Of a stretch of DNA of 64,000 nt, positions 45,017-56,634 are shown piece after piece. The notes below the pieces were generated by a model. That model was not told where the DNA came from. It ran no database searches and saw nothing but the letters and a program-made list of their open reading frames with translations. The stretch comes from Pirellulales bacterium (GTDB taxonomy: Bacteria > Planctomycetota > Planctomycetia > Pirellulales > PALSA-1355). The stretch covers positions 2,560,001 through 2,624,000 of the forward strand of contig CAVTBU010000005.1 of the NCBI GenBank assembly GCA_963733035.1, written 5' to 3'. Position numbers and translations under genes: made by a program. The stretch's first letter is position 1. Each line of letters opens with the position of its first letter.

Positions 45017-46274
45017 CTATTGGCCGGCGTTTTCAATCCGATACAGATGCGTATCGCTGCGCAAGAAGATGGCGTCATCGACAATGGCCAACGAGGCCTG
45101 CGTGTGACCATCGAGTTGATTCGTGGCCAACAGCTCGTACTCTCGGCCCGGTTTGAGCACGTAGGTTTTGCCAGAATCGTCCAGGCAATAGATCCGCCCC
45201 GCGGCATAAACGGGCGAGGCCCAAAAGTTGCTGCCGAGTCGCTGTTGCCAGCGTTGCTTGCTCGTCGCAACATCGAAGCACGCGGCAATGCCCGCGTCGG
45301 TGATCGTATAAAGCTCGTCACCCACGATCAGCGGCGAGGGATCCATGGGCACGAGGCTCCCTTTTTTCATGGTCCAGACGGCGTTCGACCGGGTCACGTC
45401 TCCCCGGCCGCCGGCACGAATGGCGTGAAACACCGGATCGCCAAAGCCGCTCGAGAAGAACAGCATCCCGCGCGAAAACGGGCATCGAAACATTCGAGTA
45501 ACCGTCGAACGAGAAGTACCAAATCTCCTCGCCGGTCGAAGGTTCGTAGGCGACAACTTCGTCGCTCCCCAGCGAGACGAGCTGCGTGCGACCGTCAATC
45601 TCCAGCAAGAGCGGCGTGCAGTAGGCCATCGGCACCGGTTTTTCGCCACTCTTGCGAGCTTCGCTGATGTGTGCCCGGTCGCGCTTCCAGCGAATGTCGC
45701 CCGTACGTTTGTCGAGCGCGACGACAAACTGAATGTCCGAGCCATCGCAATTGACGATCAACAAATCCTTCCAGATGACTGGCGAACCTCCAGGCCCATG
45801 GCGATGGTCGTACTTCAGCGCCTGCGTTTTCCAAAGGACCTTGCCGTCGGTCGACAAGCAGGCCGTTCCATGAGCACCAAAGTGAACGTAGACACGGTTG
45901 CCCTCGATATACGGCGTGGGCGAGGCGTGGCTGTTGTTGGCATGAATCGAACCGGGATCGTCCAATTGGAAGATCTCAACATCGTGCAGGAGCTTGCCAC
46001 TGGTGCGGTCAACGCAGATGGCACGCAGCGAATGCCCGTCGTCCGTGGCGGTCGTCAGCCAGATCTGTTCGCCGGCCACCGAGGGTGATGACCAGCCCGT
46101 GCCCGGAATGGCCGTCTTCCAGGTAATGTTTTCCGTCTCGCTCCAGGTGAGCGGTACGTCGGTCGAGGTGGAATGCCCCATCGCATCCGGTCCGCGAAAC
46201 TGGGGCCAATCGGCGGCATCGGCCGGGGCGGACAGCAATCCCAGCAACAACACCGTGCAAAGCAATCGATTCAT
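45017..46274 (-). CDS. PQQ-like beta-propeller secreted protein, apparent frameshift near 45470
   Basis: ADWPQFRGP, WSETENITWKT..PG.GWSSP, NSHASPTP, HGPGGSP; C-terminal FWASPV, FLRSDTHLYRI in a second frame. Confidence 0.82.
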
Positions 46275-46579
46275 CGGCAGGAGACTCACGGGTGGGAAAC
46301 AGGGGCGGGTGGGGTTCACTAACTGAACATCCTGGCCGACAGACGTGCCACATGCAACTGCAACAAAAAACTGCGAATTCGACCGGGCAAACGGCCAACC
46401 CGAGCAACGAAGGCAGCCTCCCGGGCGAATCTTGGCAGAACCGTCTCCTTCATCACAAATTCAGGTCAGAAGGCGCAACTTTGGCCAACAACCCACGGAA
46501 CGCTACACTCGGCCAAGATTCGACATCGCCGGGCGAAGTAGGCTGTAACCGACCGCTGCATTCTCCAGGAGCATTTCCC

Positions 46580-47980
46580 ATGCGTGGCTCAACCATTCTT
46601 GCGAAGCATCGACCCGTCCTCGCACTGGCGATCATCTGCCTTGTCGCGACGAAATCACTGGCGGCCCGAATTCCGGACGGCGCGATTGCGGCCATCGACA
46701 AGATCGCCCAAGAGCAGGTCGACCAGAAGAAGGTCGCTTCGTTTGCGGTCGGCGTCGTGAAGGATGGCCGGCTGGTGCTCGCGCGTGGTTACGGCTTTGC
46801 GGACTTGGAGAACCAGGTGCCGGCCACCGCCGAGACGGTCTATCGTCTCGGCTCAATCACCAAGCAATTTACCGCCATGGCAATCATGCTGCTGGCCGAA
46901 GAGGGAAAGCTTTCGGTCGACGACGAGCTAACGAAGTTTCTGCCCGACTTCCCCACGCACGACAACAAGATCACCCTCCGGCATCTGCTGAACCACACTT
47001 CGGGCATCAAAAGCTACACGAGCCTGCGCAACTTTCCCAAACTTGCCCGTAGCGACTACAGCCACAACGAGCTACTCGCACTCTTCAAAGACGAACCGCT
47101 CGAATTTGAACCAGGCACGAAGTGGGGCTACTGCAACTCGGGCTACTATCTGTTGGGCATGGTGATCGAGAAGGCCAGCGGCCAGAAGTACGAGGAGTTT
47201 CTCACCGAGCGCATCTTCCAGCCCCTGGGAATGAGCGACACCCGCTACGGGCATCTGCGGCCGCTGATTCCGCGCAGAGCGATGGGCTATCGCCGTTCCC
47301 CCGAGGGTCTGGTGAACGACGACTACATCAGCATGGACGCACCGTTCGCGGCCGGGGCACTCGTGTCGACCGTGCTCGACCTGATCAAGTGGCATCAAGC
47401 CTTGGAACAGAACGCACTCCTCTCAAGCGAGTCGTACCAAGCGATGTACAAGCCGGCGAAACTGACGGGTGGCGCAACGCGGCCGTATGGCTTCGGATGG
47501 CAACTCGGCGACCTGGCCGGACACAAAAACATCGGCCACGGCGGGGGAATCCCGGGCTTCTCGACAATGATCATGCGTTATCCGGACGATCGGCTGGCGG
47601 TGATCGTGCTCTCGAACACCTCCACGGCCAACAGCGGCGCCGTGGCCAAGGAAATTGCCAAGGTGATGCTCGGCGTCGAAGACGAACCGCAAACACCGGT
47701 CGAAGACAAGCCGATCGATTCCGGGCTCCTCGATCAGCTCGTCGGCAAGTACAAGTTGGAAGAAGAGCAGGTCGAAGTCGAAATCACCACCGCCGACGGC
47801 AAGCTCTTCGGCAGTCTGAATGGCCGGCCAAAGGAGCGACTGAAATACCAAGGCGAGCGCGAGTTCGTCGTCGACAACGACGACCGGCCGCGCGTGGAGT
47901 TCACGCCCAAGGAAGGCAAGGCCGAGGGATTGCTGGTCAGCACTCCGGACGGGAAGCTGGAGGGGAAGCGAGTGGAGTAA
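46580..47980 (+). CDS. Serine hydrolase, beta-lactamase/AmpC-like family
   Basis: GSITKQF (SxxK), LLNHTSG, YCN, HGGGIPGF; signal peptide; AGGAG RBS. Confidence 0.9.
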   Translation: MRGSTILAKHRPVLALAIICLVATKSLAARIPDGAIAAIDKIAQEQVDQKKVASFAVGVVKDGRLVLARGYGFADLENQVPATAETVYRLGSITKQFTAMAIMLLAEEGKLSVDDELTKFLPDFPTHDNKITLRHLLNHTSGIKSYTSLRNFPKLARSDYSHNELLALFKDEPLEFEPGTKWGYCNSGYYLLGMVIEKASGQKYEEFLTERIFQPLGMSDTRYGHLRPLIPRRAMGYRRSPEGLVNDDYISMDAPFAAGALVSTVLDLIKWHQALEQNALLSSESYQAMYKPAKLTGGATRPYGFGWQLGDLAGHKNIGHGGGIPGFSTMIMRYPDDRLAVIVLSNTSTANSGAVAKEIAKVMLGVEDEPQTPVEDKPIDSGLLDQLVGKYKLEEEQVEVEITTADGKLFGSLNGRPKERLKYQGEREFVVDNDDRPRVEFTPKEGKAEGLLVSTPDGKLEGKRVE

Positions 47981-48204
47981 CAAACAGGGTCGATCGTCGT
48001 GGCTATCCCAGCTGATAATATTGATTTGTAAGTTAAATTCTCTTGGGTTATGATTTTAGTCGATGTGCGCCCTGCGGCCGACTGTCTCAGCGGTTCGTTC
48101 CCGCCTTTGTTTTGAATGAGGCGAAAGTCCCTGCTAATGAAAACCATCTTCAGCATGACCTAGTGGTTGTTCTGTTTGGTTTTCAGGTGGGAGCCTTTTA
48201 CCTC

Positions 48205-49344
48205 ATGATTCGTCTTTTCTCGTCTTTGCTTGCCGCGTGCCTTGTCGCACTACCCCGCATCGCCGCAGCCGCGAATTTGCAAGTCACCGATCTAGGTCCG
48301 GCGGAAAATGCTAGCGTCGGTTTGATGAACCAATTGATCACCATCAATGACTTGGGACAAGTCGCAGGAGTCTTGAACGACTCGGGAAATCCGCTCCCGT
48401 TTGTTTGGCAAAATGGCGTGATGTCCTATCTCCCGAATCTCCCGGGCGCAACGTTTGTATACACTACCGCGATTAGCGACTCCGGGCAGGTCGTTGGCTA
48501 TTCAAATGCGGCGGACGGAAAAAACCATGCAGTCACGTGGCAGAACGGCGCAATATCGATGCTACCCACAATCGACGGCCAAAATAGTATGGCATTCGGC
48601 GTGAACGATTCAGGGCAGATCGTTGGCGCAATTGGAGACTACAGTAACACGTGGCGTCCCGTATTGTGGGATGGTAATTCCATCATCGATCTCGGGGCTG
48701 CAGCCGGAACCGTCGCGTACGACATCAATAATTCGGGAGTTGTTACCGGCGGGACGCCTCTGAACACCTACTCCTCACGAAGGGCGATGGACGGTTTTAT
48801 CTGGCAAAACAGCACGCTGACCGACCTCGGTTCGCAGGGAGTCGTCGCAGGTATAGCAATCAACGACCAGGGAACCATGGCGGGAGACAACTTCATCATT
48901 GTGCCCGGCTCTTATACTTTCCATGCGGTCGTCTATCAAGACGGCGTGCTGACGGACATCGGAAAGTCTCCCGATGGACCTGCAGGCATCGCAACGGGAA
49001 TCAATGATCTCGGTCAGGTGATTGGTGTTGGGGACTTTAACGGAGCATACCCATTTATTTGGCAAGACGGCCAGAAGACGTCGCTTCGGTCGCTAAGTTC
49101 CCAAGGCAGTCCTTGGTTTGTCGACACCATATGGGACATCAACGACCACGGGCAGATAGTCGGCCTTGCATCGAATAGCGATACACGGCAAACTGAATTG
49201 GTGCTACTGACCATCCCCGAGCCACCGACGTGCCTTCTTCTGCTTTTTGGCCTGCCACTGCTGGGCATGTTCGCTGCGCGACGGAATGGTGCGCGTGGCG
49301 TCGCAGCCGCTGATCGAAAGCCGTCGGACGTACGTGGCCGCTGA
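48205..49344 (+). CDS. HAF-repeat-like secreted protein with PEP-CTERM sorting signal
   Basis: Repeated IND.GQV.G...(H)A/PF.W.NG units; C-terminal IPEP-hydrophobic helix-RR. Confidence 0.8.
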   Translation: MIRLFSSLLAACLVALPRIAAAANLQVTDLGPAENASVGLMNQLITINDLGQVAGVLNDSGNPLPFVWQNGVMSYLPNLPGATFVYTTAISDSGQVVGYSNAADGKNHAVTWQNGAISMLPTIDGQNSMAFGVNDSGQIVGAIGDYSNTWRPVLWDGNSIIDLGAAAGTVAYDINNSGVVTGGTPLNTYSSRRAMDGFIWQNSTLTDLGSQGVVAGIAINDQGTMAGDNFIIVPGSYTFHAVVYQDGVLTDIGKSPDGPAGIATGINDLGQVIGVGDFNGAYPFIWQDGQKTSLRSLSSQGSPWFVDTIWDINDHGQIVGLASNSDTRQTELVLLTIPEPPTCLLLLFGLPLLGMFAARRNGARGVAAADRKPSDVRGR

Positions 49345-49432
49345 GAAAGTCACGACTTGCCGCGTCTTTTCTCCAGCTCGATCAAGCCCAAGATGGCTTT
49401 CTCCATCTGACGTCAAGAAATCACCGTGGATT

Positions 49433-50278
49433 TTACACCGTCCCCTTAAACCCTTTCGGCAGGAAGAAATCCTGCAGCAGCTTCGCACCGGGGACGACGG
49501 AGTACTTGTCGAGGTCCGTCACGCCTTCTTCACGCAGCACGTCGCTGTCGACGTAGAAGTTGCCCGTGCACTTGCGGCTGTCGCGGGTCAGGATCGCGTA
49601 GGCGGCGTCGGCCATGATCTCGGGCGTGCGCCCCTGGTCGACCATCGTCTGGCCGCCAAGCAGGTTGCGCACGGCGGCCGTGGCGATCACGGTCTCGGGC
49701 CACAGGGCGTTGACGGCCACCCCTTGCTCGCGGAACTCTTCAGCCATCCCCAGCACACACATGCTCATGCCGTACTTGGCCATCGTGTAGGCCACATGGC
49801 CGGCAAACCAGCGCGGCTCCATCGCCAGTGGCGGCGAGATGTTGAGGATGTGCGGATTCGACGCCTTCAGCAGGTGCGGCAGGCAGAGCTTGCTGGTCAT
49901 GAACGTGCCGCGGATGTTGATGCCGTGCATCAAGTCGTAGCGCTTCATCGGCGTTTCGAGCGTGCCGGTAAGGCTGATCGCGCTGGCGTTGTTCACCAGG
50001 ATGTCGATCCCCCCGAACTTCTTGACGGTCTCGTCAACCGCCGCCTGCACTTGTTCCTCAAAGCGAATATCGGTGATGCAAGCCAATCCCTTGCCGCCGG
50101 CCTTCTCGAATTCCTCGACGGCGGTGTAAGCCGTGCCTTCGAGTTTGGGGTGGGGTTCCGCAGTTTTGGCAACCACGACCACGTTGGCCCCGTCGTGGGC
50201 CGCCCGCAGACCGATTGCCTTGCCGATACCCCGACTGGCGCCGGTAATGAAAAGGGTTTTTCCTTTGAGAGTGGCCAT
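49433..50278 (-). CDS. Short-chain dehydrogenase (HSDL2-like)
   Basis: ITGASRGIG, KTAEPHPKLEGT, NNASAI, YTMAKYGMS, NALWP. Confidence 0.9.
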   Translation of the reverse strand: MATLKGKTLFITGASRGIGKAIGLRAAHDGANVVVVAKTAEPHPKLEGTAYTAVEEFEKAGGKGLACITDIRFEEQVQAAVDETVKKFGGIDILVNNASAISLTGTLETPMKRYDLMHGINIRGTFMTSKLCLPHLLKASNPHILNISPPLAMEPRWFAGHVAYTMAKYGMSMCVLGMAEEFREQGVAVNALWPETVIATAAVRNLLGGQTMVDQGRTPEIMADAAYAILTRDSRKCTGNFYVDSDVLREEGVTDLDKYSVVPGAKLLQDFFLPKGFKGTV

Positions 50279-50505
50279 GATGGTTCGTTTCCGCCCGGGG
50301 TTAAGAAGAACTGGCGATAATTGGGGTGCGTCATCCTACCGCATGGTCCGGCAGACTCGCAAACGGCCACCGTCAAAGCGTTTTGAGCGCAGGATGGCGG
50401 GCGCGCAGAGGCGTCCAAATCGGCCCAAATCCTACGGCCGGATGCCCCGAGGCTCAGGCTTCCCCGATTTCGACCCTGCCACCTTGTAACGCAGTCTGTC
50501 GCTCG

Positions 50506-50534
50506 TTGACACCTTTTCGTAAGCCATTTACAGT
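50506..50534 (+). promoter_or_regulatory. Putative sigma-70 promoter for argH operon
   Basis: TTGACA-N17-TACAGT upstream of argH. Confidence 0.55.
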
Positions 50535-50596
50535 AAATATGTTGCCGTTACTTGAACGACGTTCTTTGCCCATCGTCTGGGCACTTGCGAGGCACT

Positions 50597-51988
50597 GTGA
50601 CAAAGAAGGCTTGGGGTGGCGTATTTAACCAGGCGACCGACAAGCGGGTCGAGGAGTTCACTGAAAGTGTGAGCTTCGATCGCCGTCTTTATGCGCATGA
50701 CATCACGGCCTCGATCGCACATGCCCAGATGCTGGCCCAGGTTGGGCTGATCTCGATCGACGAATGCCAGCAAATTGAGCAAGCACTGGGCACTATCCGC
50801 CAGGAAATTGAGCAGGGCGATTTTCCGTTCAAGGTCGAGCTCGAAGACATCCACATGCACATCGAGAGTGCATTAATAGAACGCTTGGGCGACGTGGGGC
50901 GCAAGCTTCACACGGCGCGCAGTCGCAACGATCAAGTCTCCACCGATCTCCGGCTTTGGGTGCGCGATTCGATCGACGAGATCGACGACCGCTTGATCAC
51001 GCTCCAAAAGGCATTCATCGGCCGCTCCGAAGGCGACCAAGGGATCATCTTACCTGCCTACACGCACTTGCAGCGTGCTCAGCCGGTGCTCGCCACGCAC
51101 TATTGGCTCTGCTACTGCGAAAAATTTGATCGCGATCGCGGTCGGTTGGCCGGCTGCCGCGCTCGTGCGAACGTGCTCAGCCTCGGATCGGCGGCGGTCG
51201 CCGGCACAAGTTTGCCGATCGATCGCGACGACGTCGCCCGGCGGTTGGGTTTCGGCGCCATCGCCGGCAATAGCATCGACGTTTCCAGCGATCGCGATTT
51301 TGTGGTCGAGTTTGCCTTCGTGCTTTCGATGATCGCCGAGCACCTGAGCACCTGGGCCGAGGAGTGGATTCTGTGGTCCACTTCGGAATTCGATTTTCTC
51401 AAGTTGCCACAAACCTTTTGCACCGGCTCATCGATCATGCCGCAAAAGGTCAATCCCGACGTGCTGGAATTGATCCGAGGCAAAACCGCCCGCGTGATCG
51501 GGAACCTGACATCGCTGCTCGTGCTCATCAAGGGCTTGCCACTGGCGTACAATCGCGACTTGCAGGAGGACAAGCCGCGTATCTTCGACTCGTTCGACGC
51601 CGTCAATGCCTGTCTGCAACTCGCGGCGCCGCTGGTCGCCGCGGCGGAGCTCAATCGCGAAAACATCGCGGCGAGGCTCGACCGTGGACATCTCGATGCC
51701 ACGACACTCATGGAATACCTGATTGGTCGCGGCGTGCCACAACGCACGGCTCACGGTGTGGTTGGAAAACTCGTTCGCAAGGCGCTCGATCGCGGCGTTC
51801 GGCTGGCCGATTTGTCGCTTGACGATTTCCAAGCAGCCGATCCCAGTCTGGACGAGGGCGTATTCGATGTGCTGGGTGTCGAACAGTCGATCGGGGCCTT
51901 CAAGAGCTACGGTTCTACCGCTCCCGACCAGGTGGCCGAACAATTGTTCCAATGGAAGCAAAAGCTGACCATCAACCCAGTCAGTTGA
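50597..51988 (+). CDS. argH: Argininosuccinate lyase
   Basis: WGGVF, EDIHMHIE, HTARSRNDQV, YTHLQRAQP, GSSIMPQKVNPD, YNRDLQEDK. Confidence 0.95.
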   Translation: MTKKAWGGVFNQATDKRVEEFTESVSFDRRLYAHDITASIAHAQMLAQVGLISIDECQQIEQALGTIRQEIEQGDFPFKVELEDIHMHIESALIERLGDVGRKLHTARSRNDQVSTDLRLWVRDSIDEIDDRLITLQKAFIGRSEGDQGIILPAYTHLQRAQPVLATHYWLCYCEKFDRDRGRLAGCRARANVLSLGSAAVAGTSLPIDRDDVARRLGFGAIAGNSIDVSSDRDFVVEFAFVLSMIAEHLSTWAEEWILWSTSEFDFLKLPQTFCTGSSIMPQKVNPDVLELIRGKTARVIGNLTSLLVLIKGLPLAYNRDLQEDKPRIFDSFDAVNACLQLAAPLVAAAELNRENIAARLDRGHLDATTLMEYLIGRGVPQRTAHGVVGKLVRKALDRGVRLADLSLDDFQAADPSLDEGVFDVLGVEQSIGAFKSYGSTAPDQVAEQLFQWKQKLTINPVS

Positions 51989-52009
51989 CGGAAGCTCGAA
52001 AAACGATAG

Positions 52010-54509
52010 ATGCACACTTCTTCGAACTCACTTCTTCGGTTGATCGCCATGCATCGTTGCCACTCGCTCGCACTATCGACGTTGCGTCCCGCTTTGTGCG
52101 GGATCGCGCTGGTTCTACTTTCGTACACCGCCTCGCACGTTGCCGCACAGCCGGCGGATGACAGTCCGCCTGCGGCCGTGGACGACAACCCATTTGCCAC
52201 ACCGGCGGAACCGGGCGCCGCTCCAGCGGCCGCGGACGACAATCCGTTTGGGGCCGCCGAGCCGGCCGCCGACAATCCATTCGCCGCCCCCGCCGCCCCC
52301 GCTGCCGAAAATCCGTTTGGCGGCGAGCAGCCACCCGCAGCCGCTCCGCCAGCCGCGCCGGCCGGTGGCGAAGCGGTCGAGTCGGCCGAACCGGCCGTGC
52401 CCGACGATCCAGCGGTGCTGGCCGTACTCGAATCGCATCCGCAATCTCCCTTCGAGCTCTTGCGTGCCGTTCGAATTCTCACGGATCTCGGTCACCCCAA
52501 GCTCGCCGCGCCGTTTGTCAAACAGCTCACGGACCAGCCGCTCGATCGCGACCAGAAAGCGGCCCTCTTCCGAAAGTTCCCCTCCGCCATGTTGATGCGA
52601 ATGGCGCGTAACCCAGAACTGGAGAAGTCGCTGGGCCCGTTCATCGACGGGTTGTATCAGGCGGCCGACGAAATGCGCCGCGACCCGGCGCGGCTGGCTG
52701 AGTGGATTAAGCATCTGAGTGATCCGAGCGAAGCAGTACGCGCAAGCGACGGTGGCACTATTACGCGCTGGCGATGCGGCCGTTGCGCCCCTGGTGGCCA
52801 TACTTGCCGACCCGGCGCGAGCCAGCGAGCAGCGGTTGGCCAAGCGAATTCTCGTGCAACTGGGACAGGCGGCCGTGCCGCCGCTGCTGGGCGTGCTGGA
52901 ATCGCCGGATATGAATCTCAAGACGCAGGTCGCCGAAGTGCTCGGGGCCATGCAGGCCGAGGACGCCGTCGCGTCGCTGCTCGCGCCGTTGGTCTCACCC
53001 GAAAGCACTCCGGCACTGCACGCAATGGCCGCGGCGGCGCTCCGCCGAATTGGCGGCCGCGTGCCCGACTCGGTCGAAGCGCTCGCGTTGTTGGAACATG
53101 CGGCCAGGCGCCGGCTCGCCGAATCGCAGCGAGAAGCGGGCGATGGCGACCGCGTCGTCGAAGTCTGGCAATGGGACCGCACCAAAAAGGAGAGCGTGCC
53201 GGTCAACTACGACCCGGCGGGAGCCTCGCTGGCCTTTGCATTGCGATTGGCGGCCGACCTCCACGGACTCGATCCGCAGAGCAGTTCGCGGCGCCGCTTG
53301 TATCTGATTACCATCCTGCAGGCGGCAAAACTTGCCGGCGGGCTCGACAAACCGCTGTCGACCGAAGCGGGCACCCCCTATACGCTGGCCGCCGGATACG
53401 GTCCGAACGTCGTCGAAGACGTGCTGGCCGGTGCAATGGCCGACGGATATATTCCCGCCGCGATCGCGGCCGCGCAGATTCTGGGCGACATCGGTTCGGC
53501 CGACCAATTGGCTGCCGGCGCCGCCAAGCCCAGCACGCTGGTTCGCGCCGTGGAAAGCAACGACCGCCGGCTCCGATTCGCGGCCACATCAGCAATCATG
53601 AAGCTCTCGCCCACCCGCCCCTTTGCCGGCTCAAGCCACGTAACCGAGGCGCTGGGATTTTTCGCGGGATCCTATGGTGTTCCAAGAATCCTGATTGCTC
53701 ACCCGCTTAGCGCCGAGGGGGGCAAACTAGCTGGATTGGCTGCCGCAATGGGCTACGACGCCGACGTCGCCACGACCGGTAGGCAAGCCTACGAATTGGC
53801 AATTGCTTCGCCCGACTACGATCTGGCATTGATCCACGCGGCCATCGGTCGGCCGGCAGTGGACGAACTGGTGGCGCAGTTGCGGCGCGACCGGCGCACG
53901 GCAGAGTTGCCAGTGGGCTTGATCGCTCCGCTCAATAACACGGAGCGCATTCAAAACTACGCCCGTCGGGCGGGCAATCTGGAAGTCTTCCTGCAACCGC
54001 AAAACGACGCCGAGATGAAACTGTTCGTCGGCGATGTGCTGGCCCATGCCGGCCGCTCGCACGTCTCGGTTGAGGTGCGCCGGCAGCAAGCACTGGCCGC
54101 GATGGACTGGCTCGTCGCGCTGTCGCACGCACCGGGACGAGTGTTCGATTTGCAGCAACTCGAGTCAACGATCGTGCCGCTCATGTACGTGCCTGAAGTC
54201 GCCGGGCGCGCCATCGAGCTGCTGGCCGATATTGGCACCGAGCAATCTCAGGAGGCCCTGGTTCAATTGGCCGACAACTCCGCGCAGCCAGTGGCGACCA
54301 GGCAGGCCGCCGTCACGGCCCTGGCGCGCGGCATTCGCCGCAACGGCACGCTGCTGACGAGCGGTGAAATCTACGCGCAATACGATTTGTACAACCTCAA
54401 TGCCGGGCGGAACCGAGAGACTCACCAGGTACTCGGGGCGCTGCTCGACGTGTTCGAATATCAGGGCGATCCTCCGCCCGAATCCGCCGCGGCCATCGAC
54501 AGCCGCTAG
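52010..54509 (+). CDS. Secreted HEAT-repeat protein with NPF repeats and receiver-like domain, apparent frameshift near 52740
   Basis: Signal peptide, four D/E-NPF repeats, HEAT-like helices ([28 protein letters not shown]), CheY-like segment RILIAH...YDLALIH. Confidence 0.7.
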
Positions 54510-54527
54510 AAACACCGCACTCGTGCC

Positions 54528-55594
54528 ATGAGCAGTTCCTTCGACGCCTTCAGCCAGGACCCGCGCGGCCCCCGATATCCGGGCTGATTGGCAATAGTCC
54601 GGCCATGCAGAAGGTCTACGCCCTGACGCGGCGCGTAGCGCGTTCGAACGCCTCGGTGCTATTGCTCGGCGAAACCGGCACCGGCAAGGAACTCATCGCC
54701 AAAGCCATTCACCAAATCAGCCAGCGGGCCACGGGTCCGTTCGTGCGCGTCAACTGCGGCGCCTTGAGCGAAAGCCTGTTGGAGAGCGAGCTATTCGGTC
54801 ACGTGCGAGGCGCGTTTACCGGCGCCATTGCCAATCGCACCGGGCGTTTCGAGGCCGCGCACACCGGCACGATTTTTCTCGACGAAATCAACTCGACCAC
54901 GCCCAAATTGCAGGTAAAGCTGCTACGCGTGCTGCAAGAACGGGAGTTCGAAAGGGTGGGCGACACGCAAACCGTGCGAGTCGACACGCGCGTGGTCGCC
55001 GCCAGCAACCGCGACCTGCTGACCGAGGTCGAGACCGGTGATTTCCGCGAGGATCTCTATTACCGTCTGAACGTGGTGCCGATCCATCTGCCGCCGCTGC
55101 GCGATCGGTCGGAGGATATCCCCGAGCTCATCGGTCACTTTCTTACCTACTACAACGAGGAAAACGACCGCTACGTCACGCATATCGATCCCAAGGCTTT
55201 ACAGCTATTGCAGAACTACCATTGGCCCGGCAACGTCCGCGAATTGCAGAACTACGTGGAACGCGCCGTGGTGATGGCCACGGGCGACGAGCTGACTTGC
55301 GAGCTGCTGCCCGATACCGTGCTGCGGGGCCCCAAAGCACGCGGCACTTCAAAGCCGCGGCCGGTCGATCTGGAATCCCTGACGTTCGAACTAGTGCAGC
55401 AGGGACTCGCCTCGGCCGGACCCCAGGAAGATAACTTGCATGCCAAGGTGGTGAATCGGGTCGAACGCGAACTGATCGCCCAAGTGATGACCGCCTGCGA
55501 TAGCATTCAGACCAAGGCTGCCACGAAGCTGGGCATCAACCGCAACACATTGCATAAAAAACTAAAAGAGTATGGGCTCGACGGCGAGGCCTAG
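54528..55594 (+). CDS. Sigma-54 enhancer-binding activator (AAA+ and Fis HTH, no N-terminal sensor); probable frameshift near 54580
   Basis: [65 protein letters not shown] precedes the 54605 ATG. Confidence 0.9.
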
Positions 55595-55687
55595 GCGACA
55601 AGCCGCCGGCGCCCAGATTTCTCGGCGATGCGCGGCTTCCCGTTTTACGCCCGGTAACACTCGCCCGCGAATACCACGGAACCTTCC

Positions 55688-56634
55688 ATGGGTAGCATTC
55701 TTTCCGGCATCAGCTTGTTGTGCTTTGGCGCCAGCTACGCCGTGGCTTGGAGCCTGGAATTGCTCAGGCTGTTGGTGCGCAGCGGAGTGCGGCGGCTACT
55801 GATGTTGGGTTTCGTGCTGGCTGGTTTTCTGGCCCACACGCTCTACCTCGGATATCGCGCGGTCGAGCTATCCGCCACGCCGCTCTCCAGCAGCTTCGAT
55901 TGGTGCCTGGTGGCCGCCTGGCTGCTGGTGGCCGCATATTTATATCTTTCGTACTACTATCCGCGGGCGGCGCTTGGTTTGTACATGCTTCCGCTGGCGC
56001 TGGCGCTGGTGATTGCCGCGGCCTTTGCCGATCGCAAACCGTTTGCCGTCAGCGACGCGCTGCAAGCCTGGGGAGCCATCCATGGTATCGCGCTGTTGGC
56101 CGGAACGCTTGCCGTGATGGTCGGGTTCGTGGCCGGACTGATGTACCTTGTGCAATCCTATCGCCTGAAGCACAAGCAACCGCCCGCTCCCGGCTTTCGC
56201 CTGCCGAGCCTGGAATGGCTGGAAAAAGTCAACAGCCGGGTGATCATTCTTTCCACGCTGTTAATCGGTGTCGGCTTCCTGGCTGGTATTATTCTTAATC
56301 TGCAAGGCGGCGCGGCCGGCCGAAGCGTGCCCTGGTCGGATCCGGTAATCTGGAGTTCGGCCCTGATGTTTGCCTGGTTGGTCACCGCGGCCGTCTTCAA
56401 CGTTTTCTATCGCCCGTCGCGGCGCGGCGCAAAGTTGCCTATCTGACTGTCGTAAGCTTTGGCTTTCTGGTGCTCTCGCTGACCATGTTTTTGCTGGTCG
56501 ACAGCGAGCACGGCAGCACCGGCCCAGAACGAGACACTGCCCAGGCAGCGGCCGAGATGAACTGCGAACCGCCGCCGTCCCGCGCCATGCGACTTCAGGC
56601 GCCCACCGTCTCGAACCGAGAGGTGAGGCCGTGA
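55688..56634 (+). CDS. Cytochrome c assembly CcsA/HemX-like membrane protein, apparent frameshift near 56428
   Basis: TM helices, AIHG, MYLVQSYRLK, LPSLEWLE, WSDP; continues as KVAYLTVVSF... to a TGA overlapping the hemA GTG. Confidence 0.75.
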
